Shown one piece after another: positions 35,177-41,479 of a stretch of 41,479 nt of DNA. Origin of the DNA: a virus (taxonomy: Duplodnaviria > Caudoviricetes); IMG/VR virus record IMGVR_UViG_3300020386_000268, positions 1 through 41,479 of that record; one strand, written 5' to 3'. Numbering within the stretch: the stretch's first letter is position 1; each line of letters opens with the position of its first letter. The notes below the pieces were generated by a model. That model saw only the letters and a list, made by a program, of their open reading frames with translations, did no database searches and was not told the origin of the DNA. The position numbers were made by a program, and so were the translations under genes.

Positions 35177-38100
35177 AATATCAACATATGATCAGGATAG
35201 TAATGTAAGTTTTCAGGATAAACTGATAGGAACTAATTCTGTTGATTCAGCTACAAAGAACTTTACACTACAAAGTGTAATTGATTTAATAAATCAGTTA
35301 AGCGGAATAAACCTGTTTGACGGTATGGTTTATAAGTTTCAAAGCTATTTACCAGCAGCGACAGATCCTGTAGGTATTTTAAATTTAGTTGCAGGCAATA
35401 CCTCAACTACCGCCTTCAGTGCTGTCACACAAATTATAGTATCTAAAAAAGTGTTTAACGGCCTAGAGGTTGGGCAGTATTTGTCTTCACTTAATGGGAG
35501 AAGATTTAAAATCACAAAGCAAGATGATTTAAATACTTTTGCTGTTTACAGGGTAACAAGTGTTGCTGACTTTACCAATAACAGGTATTTAAGGTTTGTT
35601 GTTACATTTGTTAGAGGTAACGGATCTTTTACCCCAAACTCTTTTTATTTTTTAACATTTCAAGAACCTAGTTTTGTCGTAGATTTTGATGATGTATCAA
35701 GTGCAGGCTCAGGTCAAATAATAACTAATACAGAAAGAACCACATTAGGGACAGCGCTACAAGCAACAGATATTATTGATAATGTCACATCAACCGACAT
35801 AAATAAAGCCTTGTCGGCTAATCAAGGCAAAATACTGAATGATGCAATAGCAGCAATTAACACGCTGTTGACCTCTAATGATACAAATTTAGATGAATTA
35901 CAAGAAATTGTTAATTATATAAAATTAAATAGAACAACCTTAAATGCTTTAAGTATTTCAAGTATATCTGGACTGCAAGCTGCTTTAGACGCAAAAGTAA
36001 ATGTTGTTACAGGAAAAGGTTTGTCAGAAAACGATTTTACAAATACACTTTTAACTAAGCTAAATGGTATTGCTACGGGTGCTGAAGTAAACGTGCAATC
36101 AAATTGGAATGAAACTGATACAAACGATGATTCTTTTATACAAAACAAACCAACAGATATAACAGATTTATCTGTTCATAATGTAACTGAGCTTTCAGAT
36201 GTAAGCACAACATTTTTTACAGGATCTACAGCTACCTCTTTGACAGATGCCGGCTCTGGTTCTATAATTACTAGTGCTGAAAGAACAAAATTAACAGGTA
36301 TAGATGTTGATCCTGCAAACAACACAATAAGCGATGGAACCGACAGTATAACAGTCGCACCAAGCTCTAGAACAGTACAGGTGTTGGGAACCACAAACGA
36401 AGTTGAAGTTTTCCCCACTGGAGCTCAATCTTTAGCAGCCGATAGAATTTTTACTGTTGGACTACCCAATGATGTAACAATAGGCAACGACTTAAATATT
36501 ACTGGTGACGCTACAGCTTCTTCTTTTGTTAAATCAGGGGGTACAGGAGCGCAAATACTTTTGGCTAACGGTACGGTTATCGACCTTACAATTGAGTCTC
36601 AAGGTATTAATAATAATGATGTTGATACAAAGATTCCATCAAATGCAGCTGTAAAAGATGCTATTGACACAGCAATATCAAATGTTATAGATAATGCGCC
36701 AACAGCGCTTGACACATTAAATGAACTAGCGGCGGCTTTAGGAGATGATGCTAACTTTTCTACGACAATTACTACTGCCTTAGGGAACAGGTTACAATTT
36801 GATCAATACCAAGCATTGACTTCTGCTCAAGTAACACAAGTTTTAAACAACCTCCTAATCACATCTACAGTACAAGAGATTAATTTTTTAGATGGTGTTA
36901 CCTCAACACTCGCATACAAAAGTCACACCGTAACTGTAGGTAGCAAAACAGGTGGCGGAAACGCATACTATGTAGATGGTAAAGAAAGACCAATACTAAC
37001 TGTTCTTCCTGGAACAAAATATAGATTTGACCTATCAAGCGCTACACTTTCGTCTCATCCATTTAAATTTAGTGAAAACGAAAATGGCGCTACGACAGGA
37101 ACCTATACTGCAAACGCAACTTACAGTGGAACGCCCGGAAGTGCAAATGCTTATGCTGAAATAACGGGTCATTATCAGTATCCTGTTTTATATTATTATT
37201 GTACTGTTCATTCAGGAATGGGCAACATGGTAAAGTCTACTATAAGCTTAGAGGGCTTTACCCCTACGGACCTACTCGGAACACACTCACCAGCAACTAA
37301 AACTTTTATAGTCACAGTAGCACAAAAAACAACAGCACACAGGTATCATAATATTGGGTCAGGAAATGGTTATCTTATAGACGGTGTGCCAGCACCATAT
37401 CTTACCTTAACTCCAGGAATTACATACAGGTTTGATGTGTCACACACATCAGTTGCAAGCCATCCTTTATTTTTTTATTACAACTCAGATAAAAGCACTC
37501 CAACAGGGTTATCATCAAATAAATATACTACTGGGGTTAGTGATACTTATAGTACAATTCAACAAGGAAATCCAGGAGCATACATTGAAATTGTAGCGGA
37601 CGAAGACACACCAACTGTATTGCATTATATGTGTGGTGTGCATCCATACATGGGGAATGGGGTTAATTTTAACACAAGAAACTTAACTGATCTTTCAATT
37701 GATTCTTTAGTTGATGTAGACCTTACTAGTGTAGCAAACGATAAAATATTAAAGTACAATTCAACTTCAGGTAAATTTGAAGTTGCAGATGAAAGTGGAG
37801 GTACTGTAACAGAAGCATTTAAAACAATTGCTGTTACAGGAACTTCTGGACAATCTGATGTTGTGGCAAATTTAGCAGCAGATACACTTACTTTTAATGC
37901 TGGATCAGGCATGAGTATTACTACTAATGCTTCAAATGATACAATACAGTTTGCAAGCACAGCAACTGGAGGAGGCACAGATCTAAACTCATTAAGCACC
38001 GCAGCTGTTGATGTTGCTTCTGATAGCATTGGATTTATTGATAGTAGTGATTCTAACAATAGTAAAAAATCAACCATTGCAAGTTTAGTCTCTGCTATAG

Positions 38101-40010
38101 CAGGAAATAATTTAACAGCAAGTAATGGTCAGCTAAACGCACAAGCTGGAGGTGGAGGTGGCACTGTTACTGTTGAAAAAAATGTTTATACGGCAAATGG
38201 AAACACATTTGGATTTGCAACTACTACTGCTATTGCAAACGAAAACAACGTACAGGTATATATAGATGGTGTTTACCAATCTAAGGATAATTATACTACA
38301 AGTGGTAGTACTGTAACTTTTTCGCCTACAGCACCAGCCAACGGAACTTCTGTTGAGCTTATACATGTGGTTGAGTCTTCAGGTGTAATTGCAAGAGATA
38401 CGTTTACTGGTAATAATACCACTACAGCATTTACGCTGTCAATGTCTATATCAAATGTAAATGCCACACAAGTTTATATAGATGGGGTATATCAAAGCAA
38501 AAGTAATTACACAACATCTGGAAGTGTCTTAACATTTAACACAGCCCCTGCAACTGGCACTTCAATAGAGGTTGTTCATATAAAAGCGGTTAATGCAACA
38601 TCAATTAATCAAAACAACTTTACAGGAAACGGAAATCAAACATTCACGTTATCACAAAGCATCGACGATGAAGCAAAAACATTTGTATTTATACAAGGTG
38701 TTTACCAGGAGAAATCAACTTACAGTATATCAGGGAATCAAATAACATTTAACACTGCACCTCAAACTGGATTTACAGTAGAGGTTATGGCTTTTGATAG
38801 CATAACAGTTGGAAATCAAACTGCAGCTGGTACAGATTGGCAAACAGCTATTGAACCACAAACTGGAACTAGTTTTGGTGCGGACGCAAACAAAGGTTAT
38901 TTTGTAGATACAACATCAAGTTCTGTAACTGTTAATTTGCCAGCAGGAAGTGTAGGAGATGAAATACATTTTACAGATTATGCTGGAAATTTTGATACTA
39001 ACGAAATTATATTTAATGCTAATGGTACAGAAAAAATATTAGGAAGCACTACTAATCATAAATGTGTAACAAAAAATGCTACTGTAAGGTTGATATACCA
39101 AGATAACACTAATGGTTGGACTGCTGACAATATAGTTATAGATCCACCTGCTACTGATGTTTATTACTTAGTGGTAGCTGGTGGCGGTGGTGGTACTGGA
39201 GGAGCCTCAGGTGGTGGAGGCGGTGGTGGCGCTGGAGGTTATTTAACTAATTTTGGTGGCACTGCTCTTTCTTTGAATCCATTAACAAATATTAATGTTA
39301 CTGTTGGAACAGGTGGTTCTGCAGGAGTTGGTGGTACTGAAGGTGGTGAAGGAACAGCATCTTCATATGGCTCTATATCTGCTGCTGGAGGTGGTGGTGG
39401 AGGATATGGAATTTCTAACCATCCAGAAGGAGGCGATGGAGGCTCTGGTGGAGGCGGTGGTGGTAATGCAGGGGCTACAGCAGGTGTTGGCGGTAGTGGT
39501 AATACCCCATCTACCACTCCAAGTCAAGGTAATGATGGTGGTGATTCAGGGCCTAACACTACTCACCAGTGGGCTGGTGGTGGAGGCGGTGGTATTGGTT
39601 CTGCTGGATCAAATGGTGCTGCTAATAATCCTGGTAACGGAGGAACAGGGACTACTAATTCTATTACAGGAGCAAGTGTAACCTATGCTGGAGGCGGTGG
39701 AGGTGGTTCCTGGACTTCAGGAACTTCAAACGGCACAGGAGGAAGTGGAGTTGGTGGTAATGGTGGTAAAGGCTCAAGTAGTCCTGGTGCAGATGGATCT
39801 CCTCTTACTGGAAGTGGAGGAGGAGGCGGAGGACAAGACTCAAATGGTGGAGCTGGATCATCAGGAGTAGTTATATTAAGGTACCAAGGAACTTTATCAT
39901 TGCAGACAGGACATACTCTGGTTACCTCACATATAAATCAAGCTATATCTGGATCTAGTGAAGTATATACCAGATTTACAAGTGGAAGCGGAAATATTCA
40001 AATAAATTAA
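35169..40010 (+). CDS. Large mosaic tail fibre/structural protein with Gly-rich C-terminus
   Basis: ALSANQGKIL, GKGLSENDFT and APTALDTLNELAAALGDDANFSTT fibre motifs, internal repeats and a poly-Gly domain. Confidence 0.8.
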   Translation: MARISTYDQDSNVSFQDKLIGTNSVDSATKNFTLQSVIDLINQLSGINLFDGMVYKFQSYLPAATDPVGILNLVAGNTSTTAFSAVTQIIVSKKVFNGLEVGQYLSSLNGRRFKITKQDDLNTFAVYRVTSVADFTNNRYLRFVVTFVRGNGSFTPNSFYFLTFQEPSFVVDFDDVSSAGSGQIITNTERTTLGTALQATDIIDNVTSTDINKALSANQGKILNDAIAAINTLLTSNDTNLDELQEIVNYIKLNRTTLNALSISSISGLQAALDAKVNVVTGKGLSENDFTNTLLTKLNGIATGAEVNVQSNWNETDTNDDSFIQNKPTDITDLSVHNVTELSDVSTTFFTGSTATSLTDAGSGSIITSAERTKLTGIDVDPANNTISDGTDSITVAPSSRTVQVLGTTNEVEVFPTGAQSLAADRIFTVGLPNDVTIGNDLNITGDATASSFVKSGGTGAQILLANGTVIDLTIESQGINNNDVDTKIPSNAAVKDAIDTAISNVIDNAPTALDTLNELAAALGDDANFSTTITTALGNRLQFDQYQALTSAQVTQVLNNLLITSTVQEINFLDGVTSTLAYKSHTVTVGSKTGGGNAYYVDGKERPILTVLPGTKYRFDLSSATLSSHPFKFSENENGATTGTYTANATYSGTPGSANAYAEITGHYQYPVLYYYCTVHSGMGNMVKSTISLEGFTPTDLLGTHSPATKTFIVTVAQKTTAHRYHNIGSGNGYLIDGVPAPYLTLTPGITYRFDVSHTSVASHPLFFYYNSDKSTPTGLSSNKYTTGVSDTYSTIQQGNPGAYIEIVADEDTPTVLHYMCGVHPYMGNGVNFNTRNLTDLSIDSLVDVDLTSVANDKILKYNSTSGKFEVADESGGTVTEAFKTIAVTGTSGQSDVVANLAADTLTFNAGSGMSITTNASNDTIQFASTATGGGTDLNSLSTAAVDVASDSIGFIDSSDSNNSKKSTIASLVSAIAGNNLTASNGQLNAQAGGGGGTVTVEKNVYTANGNTFGFATTTAIANENNVQVYIDGVYQSKDNYTTSGSTVTFSPTAPANGTSVELIHVVESSGVIARDTFTGNNTTTAFTLSMSISNVNATQVYIDGVYQSKSNYTTSGSVLTFNTAPATGTSIEVVHIKAVNATSINQNNFTGNGNQTFTLSQSIDDEAKTFVFIQGVYQEKSTYSISGNQITFNTAPQTGFTVEVMAFDSITVGNQTAAGTDWQTAIEPQTGTSFGADANKGYFVDTTSSSVTVNLPAGSVGDEIHFTDYAGNFDTNEIIFNANGTEKILGSTTNHKCVTKNATVRLIYQDNTNGWTADNIVIDPPATDVYYLVVAGGGGGTGGASGGGGGGGAGGYLTNFGGTALSLNPLTNINVTVGTGGSAGVGGTEGGEGTASSYGSISAAGGGGGGYGISNHPEGGDGGSGGGGGGNAGATAGVGGSGNTPSTTPSQGNDGGDSGPNTTHQWAGGGGGGIGSAGSNGAANNPGNGGTGTTNSITGASVTYAGGGGGGSWTSGTSNGTGGSGVGGNGGKGSSSPGADGSPLTGSGGGGGGQDSNGGAGSSGVVILRYQGTLSLQTGHTLVTSHINQAISGSSEVYTRFTSGSGNIQIN

Positions 40011-40012
40011 AC

Positions 40013-40387
40013 ATGGCACACTACGCATTATTAAATATGTATAATCAAGTCACAAAAGTTTTCTCAGGAAGAGATGAAGGTGACACAGATGTGAATTGGG
40101 AAATATTTCATCAAAATAAATATAACCAAGTATGCAAAAGAACCTCTATAAATACAAGAGGTGGTATTCATATAAAAGGCAAAGAGCCATTTAGAAAAAA
40201 CTTTGCGGTTGTTGGCTTTGTGTATGATTTTGAACTTGATGCTTTTATACCGCCCAAACCTTTTGATAGCTGGGTTTTAAATAAAGAAACATGTCAGTGG
40301 GAACCTCCTGTAGCTAAACCAACAGACGGTAAACTATATGAATGGAATGAAAACAATAAAAATTGGATAGAGGATGGCACAAACTAA
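40013..40387 (+). CDS. Putative tail-fibre-associated protein
   Basis: MAHYA...FRKNFA..G..YD...DAFIPPKPF.SW.LN..TC.WEPP, commonly found after Gly-rich fibre genes (from memory). Confidence 0.6.
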   Translation: MAHYALLNMYNQVTKVFSGRDEGDTDVNWEIFHQNKYNQVCKRTSINTRGGIHIKGKEPFRKNFAVVGFVYDFELDAFIPPKPFDSWVLNKETCQWEPPVAKPTDGKLYEWNENNKNWIEDGTN

Positions 40388-40700
40388 AGTAAAAAGAGAT
40401 TTAATAGGTGTTCTTTATACTACTCAGCTTATTGGGACAAATACGAATGCAGATGCAAATCGTTTTTATGTCTTTACAGCGGCATGTACATTAACATTAC
40501 CAGCGACTCCAACTGTTGGTGATTCAATTAAAATATCCAATAGATCAGGTTTGGCAACGCCTATAATTGCAAGAAACGGCAAAAAAATTATGGGTGCCTC
40601 AGAAGATCTCACAATTGACAAATTAAATGCTGGTTTTGAAATGATTTTTTCAGGCGATACGCATGGATGGTTATTAGTATCAGTAGAAGGAACAACATAA
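40374..40700 (+). CDS. Small tail-fibre domain protein
   Basis: TLTLPATPTVGDSI...IARNGKKIMG...GW resembles VTVNLPAGSVGDEI...NGTEKILG...GW in 35169..40010. Confidence 0.65.
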   Translation: MAQTKVKRDLIGVLYTTQLIGTNTNADANRFYVFTAACTLTLPATPTVGDSIKISNRSGLATPIIARNGKKIMGASEDLTIDKLNAGFEMIFSGDTHGWLLVSVEGTT

Positions 40701-40713
40701 TAAAATATTAAAT

Positions 40714-41479
40714 ATGGCAAATTTTTCAAGTTTTTTTCCAGCAGCCTCGACAGGTGGGGGTGCTATACCTCAAACAGAAATATTCACAAGTTCTGGTATA
40801 TGGCTAGTACCACAAGATGTCCAAGATAAAATTACTAGCGATGGGCATGCTGATATAGGTATTTTAGCGGTTGGAGGCGCAAATGCAAATAATAATGTTT
40901 GTGGAGAAGTAAGAAATGAAATATTAAAATTAACTTCTTCTACTTATTCTCCATCAGGTGTATGGGCTAATGCAAACCAACCTGAAATAGCTGTGACTGT
41001 AGGTGCTGCTGGAGGTAATTCAGGAATAGGTTATGATACAAACGCTGGAGATGTTTCTTTAAGTGCATTTACATCAGATCAAACTTTAGCAGCAGGTACT
41101 TATTCTAAAGATTCTAATAATGATATTTTAATTAAAAGTTTTGCAACTGTCTGGGGTGGTGCCGCTATAAGTAATTTTGGCTATAGTTATACTGGAACAA
41201 CTCAACCTACATTTACTACTACAAGTGGTCATTCTGTACCGGGTCTTGCGGGTACTTATACTAAAGGAATTGTTACTTGGTCAGGAAGTGGTACATATAT
41301 GGATGGTAATTTAACTATGACGGCTGCCAGATATGGAGACCCTAGAACTATTGGTTTAAGGTGGCTTGACGCTTCACATACATTTGATATATATAATCTT
41401 TCTACAAGTAGTGTTACTTGGAATGCTGATTTAACTTATGTAGCAGCTCCTGGCGCACCGACTATAAAAGCAGAAAGTG
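40714..41479 (+). CDS. 3'-truncated tail-fibre-like protein
   Basis: MANFSSFFPAASTGGGAIPQTEIFTSSGIWLVP..., open to the window end. Confidence 0.7.
   Translation, partial: MANFSSFFPAASTGGGAIPQTEIFTSSGIWLVPQDVQDKITSDGHADIGILAVGGANANNNVCGEVRNEILKLTSSTYSPSGVWANANQPEIAVTVGAAGGNSGIGYDTNAGDVSLSAFTSDQTLAAGTYSKDSNNDILIKSFATVWGGAAISNFGYSYTGTTQPTFTTTSGHSVPGLAGTYTKGIVTWSGSGTYMDGNLTMTAARYGDPRTIGLRWLDASHTFDIYNLSTSSVTWNADLTYVAAPGAPTIKAES

Noticed and set aside
30-40729. Short antisense or alternate-frame ORFs within long genes (e.g. 4502..4930, 7580..7993, 37625..38077, 39295..39681)
   Set aside because: Shadow ORFs of well-supported genes with no motifs of their own.
1-41479. tRNA genes, stop-codon reassignment, diversity-generating retroelement
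   Set aside because: No cloverleaf or reverse transcriptase was seen, and genes are full length under the standard code.

Overview
AT-rich genome segment of a tailed phage, most likely infecting Bacteroidota/Flavobacteriia (TAnnTTTG promoters, A-rich leaders without Shine-Dalgarno, DUF3127-type SSB). Layout: + strand virion/ejection genes (1-12.9 kb); - strand early and replication operons (12.9-27.7 kb: DUF932-like, Sak/Rad52, HNH, YqaJ-like exonuclease, SSB, DnaA-domain-IV protein, initiator with iterons, primase-helicase, phosphoesterase, resolvase); a non-coding divergence region (27.7-28.5 kb); + strand groEL-groES, small basic proteins, lysis and tail-fibre genes (28.5-41.5 kb). No capsid, terminase or DNA polymerase was recognised. 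Main discovery: one complete type I hammerhead ribozyme in the early-operon leader (minus strand, 27827->27725). Eight further copies of only its substrate half (hairpin + ACGUC^UAUUAYU) each lie 25-26 nt upstream of the start codon of the next eight genes. A built-in register switch could free the substrate-binding arm after self-cleavage. This suggests one ribozyme cutting the polycistronic early mRNA into single-gene units in trans. Activity is inferred from sequence only, and all protein calls are by motif recognition without database searches.
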